Shown here one piece after another: positions 1 to 10,342 of a stretch of 64,000 bases of DNA. The notes under the pieces were generated by a model. The model was not told where the DNA came from. It saw only the letters and a list, made by a program, of their open reading frames with translations, and searched no databases. The position numbers and the translations under genes were made by a program. The stretch is from Lophium mytilinum. Lineage: Eukaryota. The stretch is from NCBI GenBank assembly GCA_010093605.1, contig MU004186.1:2150616-2214615 (forward strand), in the 5' to 3' direction. Position 1 is the stretch's first letter, and every line of letters starts with the position of its first letter.

Positions 1-2
1 CC

Positions 3-2239
3 TCACCGACTTCTCGTAAATTTCCCTCGCTTCATCTCCTGCTTCAAACTTTCCTGTTGGCTAGGTAGCGGTCCTCTCCGCCGAACACTCGCTGCACCAC
101 CTCTATTACTTTCACCGTTACCATTCTCAGGAGTACCCTGCTGAGGGGGAAACGGAAGCATGGGCAAGCCCTGTGCTGTGTTCGGTAGAGGCGGCGGTAC
201 GAAGCCAGGCGGCGGTTGAAAGCCAGGTGGTGGTTGGAAGCCAGGAGGAGGGTGGAAACCAAGTGGCGGCTGGAATCCAGGCGGCGGTTGGAATCCAGGA
301 GGAAGCATCCCAGGAGGTAACATCCCAGGGGGAGGTGGAGGAGGTAAGAAGCCTGGCGGCATTTGGAATTGGCCCGGTGGTGCATTAGCAAGCATTTCAG
401 CGAACTTGGCAAGATCTGGCATCTTGCTGGGGTCCATTCCTGGGATATTGGGGAGGCCGGCGGGGAGAGGAGGGAAGGATGGAGGTAGTTGGGGTGCGCC
501 GCCAATTCCTGGTAGGTTTTGGGCACCGCCTACGCTTGTGCCATCCGCAGATAGACCTGGGAGGCCAGACATGACAGGCTGTTTCGGCGGCATTTTTTGG
601 TCTACGAGCCCTTCAGCCTCGTCCTCTGCTTCTTGCTCTTCCTCTTCGCGCAACTGTCTGTGTCTGTCTCTCCTATCGTATGTGCCCTGTGCTTCTGCTT
701 CCTTCTGCCCGATATGGTAACGGTCATTGAAACAAGCGCTGTCTCCGGGGCGAGGTCTTGTCCAGAATCGAGTTACGCGGTCGTTGGAACCGGATGCTAG
801 AAGATGACCCAGCGGATGCCAATCCATTGCCCAAATAGTGAAATCGTGTGCATACTGTATGCTATGCGCTGGGTATATGGTTTGCGCGGGTGCGTTTGAA
901 GGATCGTTACTGTCGTATGGCGATAATGTAGTTGCGACTCCAGGAGGAGGATTCTGCTCGTCCAAGAGGTAGTGGTTGAGGCTGCCATCGACACCGCCAG
1001 TCGACAACAGGTTCTTGTGGATTGGGTGCCATATCAAGGTGATGATGTCTTTTTCATGACCTCGTAGAAGAAGTACGTCACGCATCATACGTAGATCAAA
1101 TATCCGAGCCGTGTGATCTCTGGCACACGTAGCCAGGAGGTCCCCCTGGTTGGGTTCAAAAGATGTCTTCGAGATTGTGTTCTTATGTCCATGAAGTGTG
1201 GTCAGACAACGCCCAGTCCGAGGATCCCACAGCTTGACCTGGTGGTCCTTTGAGCCCGATACGAGCAGTCCTTTCGTAGGATGCCAATCTACAGACTTGG
1301 CTTCCCAGCCGTGCCCAGTCAAAGTCGACTCTTCCGTGCCTCCTGCAAAGTCGAATATCTTGAGACTCGCGTCGTCGGAGCAGGTGACGAACTTGGAGTC
1401 TGTGGGCGCGAATGCTAGGCCACGAATTGGCTCGCTATGTGCTTGTATCGCTTTAACATTGTTGAAGTTGGGTTGCCAGTATTTTACGATGCCATCTTGG
1501 TCCGCTGATACCAGCCAGTCGTCGCTGTGCGAGTATACCGCTGCTCTTATAGCCGCGTCATGCGCCTATTATGGATCAGTTATTTGTCTTCTCCATACAT
1601 ATCCTTTGTTCCTGACCTGCATGATAGTCTCGAAATTGAAACCCATTCCATTCCACAAAGTGAACTCGCCACTTGTAGAGCCTGTCAGAAGACGCCGGCC
1701 TTCTGGAGTCCATCGCACGACGTTGATGGGGTGCTTTACTTTGTTCAAGGAGGAATGGAGGGCTTTGGCGGGTATTGATTCGGCGGCACTCGACAGTCTA
1801 CCCAGGGGCGGGAGCATCTACAGGATGTCAGTGTGATGCTTGATTGCCTCCTTACAATCACATACATCCACAATATAGCTTGCGCTAGGCCTCTCCATCT
1901 CTAGGGTCGAGCTGCCCTTGTACCGCGGACGTCGATTGCGCATCCATTGCACCATGGTAGATCCATAATCTGTGACAGGGCCTGGATAATGATAGGTCAG
2001 CTTTGACTTGAAGATTCTCGGTGCATCCCCGACCTTGCCAGGCACGCTCGCGTTTGCTCAATAATCCGAGTCCCGTCTGGTGGGTGCCCATGTTGCGGGC
2101 GTAGTCGCAAGCGGGTGGTTTGATGGAGAGTATAGATGTGACAAAGCTGGGGATTGAAGAGACAGAGATGATGAAAATACGTACGTTTTGGCCTTGGGCG
2201 CATGCCATCGAAGGGCTGTGAATTGAAGTCGCGGTCCAT
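3..2239 (-). CDS. PFS2: Polyadenylation factor subunit 2 (WDR33/Pfs2), WD40 protein with Pro/Gly-rich C-terminus; 4 exons
   Basis: WD40 repeats ([55 protein letters not shown]) and the N-terminal RPVTDY motif. Predicted introns 1982-2184, 1818-1865 and 1566-1616 join the ORF pieces in frame; stop at 3-5. Confidence 0.93.
190..356 (-). repeat. Coding tandem repeat, PPGFQP-type units (18 bp) and PPGML units (15 bp), in the PFS2 tail
   Basis: Translation [48 protein letters not shown]. Confidence 0.8.
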
Positions 2240-2771
2240 GGTGGTCAATGGCGCTTTGCGCGGCCGCCCGAGTCGCTGGAGGAAGGGCTATCGCATCAAC
2301 CTCGATCAGACAGAAGCAGCGTTGCAAATCTTCTCATTCGTCTAAGCATCCGGAGTCGGCAGGGCAATGGTGATGAGGGGTGTCGTAGAGCTGCATGCGG
2401 GTGAAGCTTCAAGGTTCAGAGCGCGACGAGATGGAATGCACCAGCCACATTTATTGCGCCACTTCCAATGTTCTTCTCCCAACGGCTGCACCTTAGCTGC
2501 ACCTCATCCCCCGCTGCATGACGCTTCGGGGCATGCTCCCAAGATGTCGCTCAACAACTGCGGAATGCCCAGCCCCCAGACGACTCAATGCCAGTATCAT
2601 CGCCCCGAAGGCGTCGATTGACCTGAGCCTGCCCTTCTGCACTCGCTTCCCAACATTCCTCCCTTCTGTCCAGCCTCCCCGCGCCACTTTATTTATAAAG
2701 AAGCTCCATATTCTGCCCCGCCATCACCAATTGGCCCTGCAGCTTCATTTCTCTCCCTTGCAGCCGTCGTC

Positions 2772-4422
2772 ATGGCGTCTCGAACAGATACTGCGACCAC
2801 TACCAGCGCCGACGTGTCCAATGGCCTTGAATCGAGATACAGCGATGCTACACGCCTATCTACGGCTAATGGCACTTCTACGACAATGTCTAGCGGCAGG
2901 AAGAAGAGGTGGGAGAGCAAATACAGACACGTCTTTGCTACCCATTCGGCCCAGCGACCGTCATGCCTCAGCGGCGACGCTGAAGAATCTCCCAGCTTTG
3001 TGGGCTTCCGCAATTTGATGGTAATCGTCTTGGGTGCGTACTCCTTATACATCTAGTGACGACCTTCCATTTACATGAACCGTAGTGGTTTCGAATCTTC
3101 GATTGATGATTGAGAATTTCCGAAAGTACGGTGTGCTAATATGTATACGATGCCACGACTACCGCCGACAAGACGTCATATACGGCTCCATCCTTTACTT
3201 CCTCGTTCCCTGCCACCTCCTCGTCGCATATATAATAGAATTGGCTGCGTCCCAGCAGGCCAAGCGTGGTGTAGCCCGGATGAAGAAGGTCAAGGAGCAG
3301 CCAAACCCAGAAGAGCACCAGCAAGAGCTACGGCGAAGCTTCCTAGCTACATGGAGGTTGATTGCGACCGCACACGGCGTCAATGCGACTCTAAACCTGT
3401 GCATTGCGACCTGGGTTGTCTACTACCATATCCACCACCCTGGAATCGGGACCCTTTGTGAACTGCATGCCGTCATTGTCTGGCTGAAGGTCTGCTCGTA
3501 TGCCTTCACCAATCGAGATCTCCGGCGTGCCTATGTGTCGCCCAAAGAGTCTGATCCACTCCCTGAGATCTACAAAGCGTGTCCGTATCCCCTGAACATC
3601 AACTGGAGGAATCTCTGCTACTTTTGGTGGGCTCCCACACTGGTATATCAGCCAGTCTATCCTCGTACACCAAGCATCCGCTGGCCCTTCGTCTTCAAAC
3701 GACTCACAGAGACCGCTGGTCTCACCATCGTCATCTGGATAGCGTCAGCCCAGTACGCAGCGCCTTTGCTTCAGAACTCTCTGGAGAAGATATCCACGCT
3801 TGATCTGGTTTCAATTTTGGAGCGAGTGATGAAGCTTTCCACGATATCCCTATTCTGCTGGCTGTGTGGATTCTTTGCGCTATTCCAATCCTTTCTAAAC
3901 GCCCTGGCGGAAGTGATGCGGTTCGCGGACCGCGAGTTCTACGCCGAGTGGTGGAACGTGTACAGCATCCGGACGTACTGGACTACCTGGAACAAGCCAG
4001 TATCTCATTTCATGAAGCGCCACATCTACTCGCCCCTCATTGGGAGAGGTGTGCCACCTCAAGTAGCCCAGTTCATCGTTTTCACTCTTTCGGCAGTTTT
4101 GCACGAGCTGCTAGTGGGTGTGCCTACGCACAACATCATAGGCCAGTACCGCCGATACTATCAAACTTTACCGAATACTAACCTACACGCAGGTGTTGCT
4201 TTCGCTGGCATGATGCTCCAAATCCCTCTCATCTTTATCACGGACAGAATCCAAAAAATGAAAGGCGTCAGCGGCAAGGTTGCCGGCAATGTTATCTTTT
4301 GGATCAGCTTCTGTCTGGTCGGCCAGCCTTTAGCCGCGTTACTGTATTTCTTCGCCTGGCAGGCAAAGTATGGGAGTGTGTCCAAGCAGCCCACTCAGTT
4401 CAGCTTCTTCCATCGTCGCTAA
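2772..4422 (+). CDS. MBOAT acyltransferase of the DGAT1 / sterol O-acyltransferase (ARE) type; 3 exons
   Basis: Motifs GFRNL, APTLVYQPVYPRT, FADREFYAEWWN, YWTTWNKPV and the catalytic His in SAVLHE. Introns 3034-3085 (GT-AG) and 4142-4192 (GC-AG, inferred). Confidence 0.92.
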
Positions 4423-4810
4423 TGGCTGGTTAACATATGTATAGGGATGACTCCTCGGACTTCTGGACTACGAACATATTAGGCGGCGTTGATAAGGTCC
4501 GCAGTATCAAATTTAATTCTTTCCAGTGATTCACACTTGTGCGTTTTTTCTGGACCGCGAGTGATGTGCCTTTCTCCAATTCTGACTCGCATTCCTACAT
4601 ATAGACTTCTTGCACCCTGCAGATCTTGCACGCTTTACGCTCGGATCTGCACCTAGGAGGTGGCCAGCATCCCTTCCGCGAATCTTAGACCATGTCACCT
4701 AGTATTAGTAAGCACGGAACCTGCGTGAATCCCTTATCGATGTCATTACAATGTCAGTGCTTGGATGCCCTCAGCTTATCTCTGTCATTAATTCATCAGT
4801 TACATCGAAC

Positions 4811-5395
4811 ATGGCATCCCCAACTCCCAGCTCCCACAGATACTACTTCTTGAAGACTCGTTCGCGCACCGGCGCCGCGAAGTACGACAGTTTATATATC
4901 CGCCTCCACGGCAACGGCGTCGACGATGTCGTCCTCACTGCAGCCCCGCCGGTTTTCCTACGCGCGTACGATGAGCTGGCTACCAGTGCCGCTTCTACCG
5001 AGCCCAGAGGCGGCACGGCGGTTAAGTTCATCTCTACCAAAAGTGGGGATAGGCAATGGAGTTTAGCTTTAGGTCGGCCGCGAGAGTTTGTGGGATGGGA
5101 GCCTGTGCAGATTGTGGCTGCTGCTGAGGATGATGGAGAAAGGGAAGGGGAAGCAGGGGCGCGGTGGGTGCAGAAGGAAGGGCCTTCGCAGGAGTACGAG
5201 GCGCTGGAGTGGGACGTTGGAAGCTCCGAAGGGGATGGCAAGGGGGTGTGGAAGGGCTGGATGGTTTGCGAGTGGGTGCATGGCCATCCGCAGCTCTTTT
5301 GGGTGACAGGGATGTTGGACTCGAGGGGGAAGGAGCTGGACTTGCCGGGGTTTTGTGAGAGGGTTGAGTTGGTGAGGGAGGGGGTGGAGGGGTGA
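4811..5395 (+). CDS. Hypothetical fungal protein (about 194 aa)
   Basis: Single open frame from ATG 4811 (alternative ATG 4751). C-terminal Trp/Cys motif WKGWMVCEWVHGHPQLFW...CERVEL resembles small fungal beta-rich proteins. Confidence 0.65.
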   Translation: MASPTPSSHRYYFLKTRSRTGAAKYDSLYIRLHGNGVDDVVLTAAPPVFLRAYDELATSAASTEPRGGTAVKFISTKSGDRQWSLALGRPREFVGWEPVQIVAAAEDDGEREGEAGARWVQKEGPSQEYEALEWDVGSSEGDGKGVWKGWMVCEWVHGHPQLFWVTGMLDSRGKELDLPGFCERVELVREGVEG

Positions 5396-6015
5396 GTACG
5401 GTTGTGAGTGGCTCTGAAGTTCATTGCTGTTGTGGGGTTTGCTAATCGGATGGTAGAGAGTCTGAGTATTTCCTTGAGGTTCTAGGATCGCTTTTCCAAA
5501 TAATGTCTGGGTCGACTTTTCGTTCTCAGAAAGGGTCTGTGTGAAGAAAGAAAGCACTTCATGAAGGGTATGAAAACTATGCGCAGAGACTTCTCTACGT
5601 GCAGTCGCTGCCGGTCAAGAAACTTCTGGTCACAATAGGAAACAAGTGCATTTACAATGCTTCCTGGAAAAAGAGCTTATTTGCTTGCATTTGGGTTTGG
5701 TCAAGCTTGAGGATGAGAGCCTATCGGGTTCGCGTTCAACTGATTGTAGCCTCTATCAACTTCCCCGTACGTCCAGGGTGACATCACATATCTCCAAAGT
5801 GATTGCCAACATAATTAGGAGTAAGTACAACATTCTACCTACTTAATGCGGTCATTGTTCAGTGTTTCAGTATACACAAGACGAGTGGGTCGTGTAAAAC
5901 ACATCGCATTATACGGGATCAACGCCAACTGCACAATGCAGAGACTTCTATATAATGTACCGCAAGCCTAAACTACGGCAAGTAGAACATCCTCTCTGAA
6001 CTCGTTCCTGCAGTG

Positions 6016-8211
6016 ATGGATTCCCTCAAAGACTTTGGAAACTTTCTGAACGCACAGAATGCAGTCAAGGCCATACAGATGGGCCAAATAGCTGGTCTCA
6101 TTGGCGACACCTCAAACGACCATGGGCTCAGCGCCAACAAGATTCTTGGGGAGGGTGGCTTCCTGTCGCCCCTTCAAAAGCGCATTGAGGCAAAGACGGG
6201 GATAACAGTCCCTATGGTCCTGACAGCCCTCGCCGTGTACAATTCGGGAAAGCTTGGAGGCCTTGCTTCTGAAGGTATTCGCGTCTTCCGAAGGTTTGGT
6301 ACCTCATCTATCCAGATAGATCTGCGTCATTCGCTTGCGAAAGCGGTGGATAAATGGCTGATCAGCAATTCTACCGGTAAGCAGACACCCCAGCACGTAG
6401 TCGTTGAAGCCGAAGGTGGTAGTAGTGGCGAGCAGAACGATTCAGTCAGCTCTAAACTGACCGTCTCACAACAATCAGGAGCACAATGGTTCTGGTACAA
6501 CGGCCGGGTTTTCCTGTATGAGTATGGATATCAAAACGGAGAAAGCGATCGCGCATACGGAGACTACGAAACGTTAACTCTCGTATGCTTGGGCCGTAGC
6601 CCGGCGCCGTTGACCAAGTTTCTGACTTTCTGCCAGAGCGAGGCTAGCTCCAAAGTGAAAACGACCGAGGTATTCACGTATAGCAAAGGATATATTCACG
6701 GGTCAAAACAGCCGGAAAAGCCGAGTCGCCCTATGGAGACGATTGACCTGGATCCGTTCCTCTACCTCGATATCCTGACCGACGCGGAATCATATTTCGA
6801 CGAGGAAACGCGAGCGTGGTACCACGAAAATGGGACACCCTACCGGCGAGGTTATCTCCTTTATGGCCCTCCTGGTACCGGCAAAACTTCACTGTCTTTT
6901 GCTTTGGCCGGGCGGTTTGACATTGGCCTCTACGTAATCAATCTCAACGAAGCAGAGCTTGATGACGCGAAGCTTATCGAACGATTCAGTAACCTGCCAG
7001 ATAAGTGTGTGGTCCTCTTGGAGGACATAGACGTCGCTGGTATCGTGATGGATCGTCATATGGCGCATGAGCCATCCACCGATGGTAGCTCCGGCTCAGA
7101 TCAAACCACCCTCTGGGAGGACACGAGCGGCCATCAGGTGGAGAATAGGCCACAGCCTCCAGTGGCCTCGAGAAACTCTAACCCCCAAAAGATTTCTGCC
7201 GTAAGCCTCAGTGGCCTCTTGAACGCCATTGACGGTCCCACGTCGAAGGAAGGTCGTCTTCTGATTATGACGACCAACGCACCACGAAGTCTTGACCCAG
7301 CTCTCTACCGCGCGGGTAGAATTGACAAGAAAATCTATCTGGGATACTCGACGAAGCGGACTGGTGCGATTACCTTCCGGCGAATCTTTGCCAATGATCC
7401 TTGCAATAAGTACAGCATGGACGAAATCACCGATTTTGCCCGACGATTCGGAGCCAAGGTGCCCCTTGACACTTTCACACCGGCAGAGTTACAGAACTTC
7501 TGCATGGGCTATCGCGGAAAGCCTCAAAAGGCAATCTCCGAATTCGATGTCTTCATTTCCCGACGGTTCAGCGGGGAAGATGGTTTCGAGTACGACATCG
7601 GCGACGGTGGCGGAACCGATGGTGACAATGAGCTCGAGCTCTCCGAGGATGAGGCCCTCGAAGACTTGCTGGATCTTGATTTCTCCTACCTGACACAGGA
7701 GGGGATGTCAAAGTTCCGTGTCAAGAATGGAGAGGATGTTCCCTTGGGCGACGGCTTCTCTCAAAGCTCGGATGAGCATGGAGAAGAGGCACACGAGGCT
7801 GAAGAGCGCTTCGGAGACCATACCATCCGGACGGTCTTCAGTGGACCTGCTCTTTTGGCACTTGCCAGTATCGATGAGCAGTCGAAAGGCGGGGTCCTCG
7901 ATAGCCTTCTTGCTCACTTTGACTACGACCCGGAAGAGGTCTACGGTCTGGAAGAAGAGTCCTGCAGCGAGGCGGATTCTATAAGCAACGAGGGAGAACA
8001 CCGGGGGGCTCGTTCCTATTTCGCATACTTTAGAAACAGCCTCGTCCCCGGACTCTGTCGTAGGAGCTCCACGACACCGTCGCCCTCCATTGAGTTGCCC
8101 GCCGGTTCGCGAGGACCGCGCACTCGGGGAGAGCTTGAGCGGCTAATTGCTCCACTCACCACATCAAATGGAGATCTACGAACCGTAGATCCGATGCCAA
8201 TTGTGGAATAG
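6016..8211 (+). CDS. BCS1-like AAA+ ATPase, copy A (intact, intronless, acidic C-terminal extension)
   Basis: BCS1_N-like region (QWFWYNGRVF..., LTLVCLGRSPAPL), PYRRGYLLYGPPGTGKTS (Walker A), LLEDID (Walker B), SLSGLLNAIDG, MTTN, LDPALYRAGRID. TATATAA at about 5949. Confidence 0.9.
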   Translation: MDSLKDFGNFLNAQNAVKAIQMGQIAGLIGDTSNDHGLSANKILGEGGFLSPLQKRIEAKTGITVPMVLTALAVYNSGKLGGLASEGIRVFRRFGTSSIQIDLRHSLAKAVDKWLISNSTGKQTPQHVVVEAEGGSSGEQNDSVSSKLTVSQQSGAQWFWYNGRVFLYEYGYQNGESDRAYGDYETLTLVCLGRSPAPLTKFLTFCQSEASSKVKTTEVFTYSKGYIHGSKQPEKPSRPMETIDLDPFLYLDILTDAESYFDEETRAWYHENGTPYRRGYLLYGPPGTGKTSLSFALAGRFDIGLYVINLNEAELDDAKLIERFSNLPDKCVVLLEDIDVAGIVMDRHMAHEPSTDGSSGSDQTTLWEDTSGHQVENRPQPPVASRNSNPQKISAVSLSGLLNAIDGPTSKEGRLLIMTTNAPRSLDPALYRAGRIDKKIYLGYSTKRTGAITFRRIFANDPCNKYSMDEITDFARRFGAKVPLDTFTPAELQNFCMGYRGKPQKAISEFDVFISRRFSGEDGFEYDIGDGGGTDGDNELELSEDEALEDLLDLDFSYLTQEGMSKFRVKNGEDVPLGDGFSQSSDEHGEEAHEAEERFGDHTIRTVFSGPALLALASIDEQSKGGVLDSLLAHFDYDPEEVYGLEEESCSEADSISNEGEHRGARSYFAYFRNSLVPGLCRRSSTTPSPSIELPAGSRGPRTRGELERLIAPLTTSNGDLRTVDPMPIVE

Positions 8212-8957
8212 GATGAGTTCGAAGCCTAGATTGTAAGACTGCTTCTCGCCCCTGTTCCATACTCTAATCCCCATTAGACTGACCTGATTCAGCGACTAAA
8301 TTAGTCGCTAATCTCAATACACAATTTCTTTCTCGATAAATAAATGTTGCTGGCAGTAGTGATGCTACATGATGTGTGCAGAATGCTAGTGAAGACTCTG
8401 AACATGTACGTAAGACACGTGTGTCTTTGCTCATTGATATTGTGAATCAGGACCTTTTGGCGAAGTCAAACCCATCGTACTTAATACCTGTTAGGGATTG
8501 GTGAGCGCTAAGAGGACACGGAAGTCATCATAAGTTTGAAGGGTTCGGAACAGGTACTAAGGCGGATCATACTCAGGGGATGAAATAAGTTTACTTAAAC
8601 TGTTAGCAAGCCTCCGTGCGATCCACACTTTGCTATCGATTATAGGCTGGATTCTATGGCGTTTCAACTAGTATAAAATTGATCAAAAGCTTACATATTC
8701 CTCGAGCCCCTTAAGAGAAGAGGTAACTCAACAGACTTTTGAAGTCATTTTCCTTGACCACTAAGTAGTGAACAAAACACCTGCTTCCACTCACGTGTTA
8801 TAGGTAGTCCCGCGGGCAGCGCGCCAGCGCCAGCCCCAGCTGCTTGCTGATATCCTTCTACTTTAACGCAGTAACTACCATGTTAAGTCCGTCACGTGAA
8901 CATCCTGAGTTCTGCCGTAAGAAAACTCGACTGTCTGCTGTGTGTTGGTCTGGTCTG

Positions 8958-9615
8958 CTCAAGACCATACGGCAGCCATTTCGACCTCTTTGTCAGCCAC
9001 GTTTTGACAAAAGGTCAAGAACTTGGTCAAAGGCTACGGGCTGCGTCCTAAGCATACCAGCATGAGGAAATTGTCGCCTCCACTTGACAAGCCTTTATTA
9101 TTCGCCTCCGCCCCCGACAGATACTGGTACAAAAAGAAGTGCCCGTCATACCGAAACCATTCGAGACCTGGTTTCCGGGAAACTTCGAGTGGTAGGGAGT
9201 CATCCTTGGATGTGGAATAGTTGTTCTCAACAGCTAAATGCTGAGTCTTTTTCCCAGCACAGTTGCCAATCAGCCACTTCTCGACGGCTTTGGCGAGATC
9301 ATGGCCGACATTGATTCGCACGGAGGATGTACCGAACTTCCGGAAAAGATCAATACCTCCCGAAGCTAGATCTCCCACCTTTCCTGAATTGTATACCGAA
9401 AGCGCTGTCAGGATCATAGGCAGTGTGATACCTGTCATGTCTTCGATTTGCTTTTGAATTGGCGACAGGAAGCCGTCTTTCCCTAAAAACTCGGCAGTGC
9501 TTGAACCGTCACTGCTCGGCATCTCGCCGAACATACCAGCGATCTGGCCCATCTGGAGGGCCTTCGCTGCGTTCTGGGCATTCAGAAAGGTTTTAAGGTC
9601 CTTGAGAGTTTCCAT
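8958..9615 (-). pseudogene. Truncated BCS1-like paralogue, copy B (N-terminal part only, in-frame TAG)
   Basis: METLKDLKTFLNAQNAAKALQMGQIAG...CLGRSP*PLTKFLTFCQ aligns with copy A (MDSLKDFGNFLNAQNAVKAIQMGQIAG...CLGRSPAPLTKFLTFCQ). Homology continues past the TAG at 9034-9036 and then ends; no AAA domain found. Confidence 0.85.
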
Positions 9616-10342
9616 GGTGGTATGGTGACTGCTGAAAGTTGTTTCGACTAAACTCTCGAAGGGAAACGGGGGCAAAAAGTTCCTAGTCGGGGTGGTGGAG
9701 GCGAGTGATTGTATTGGGGTTCCTTGCTTTGTTGAATTGAGGTTCTGGGGGAACGGTGAGGTGGTGGTGGTGATGGTGGTGTGGGAATGGGTAAGGGAAT
9801 CTCTGCTCTCCTGTGTTGACTTTGGGGAAATTTATGTAAAAGCCTTTGCCCTCGAAACATGATGAAAGTAGTCGGGGAGTGAATTGCTGTTCAGCTGGGC
9901 GCCTTCACGCTCCTTGTAAAGGATCCTTCAAGAGACCCGCGCTGCGTCCCCTTGGGTGCTAGTGAATTGGGGCGCGGCTTCATAATCTTTGTGTCAACAT
10001 TGATTACACACAATGCAAAATAAGGTATAGGGGCTCTTCGAAGTTTGATATATCATAGAGAGTTGTAAACTAGAACAGTTAGCGTTTGCTTTGTAGGCAC
10101 GAAAGGACGTCTGAGAATAGGATTGCTTTACCACGTATTTGATCATTTGGGTTGTGTAGAAGAAGCATGTATGGAAAAAGAGTTCATTTGCTATGATACA
10201 ACTAGGATCGCCCCGATTCTTTTACCGGGGAAAATGTGAACAGTTAACTGACCTCATTCGTCGTGAGCAAAACGAGTTTGAGTGGAATTGCGGCCGAAGG
10301 AGAGCTTGCAGGTGTTGGAAAGAGGACGATTTGGTTCAATGC

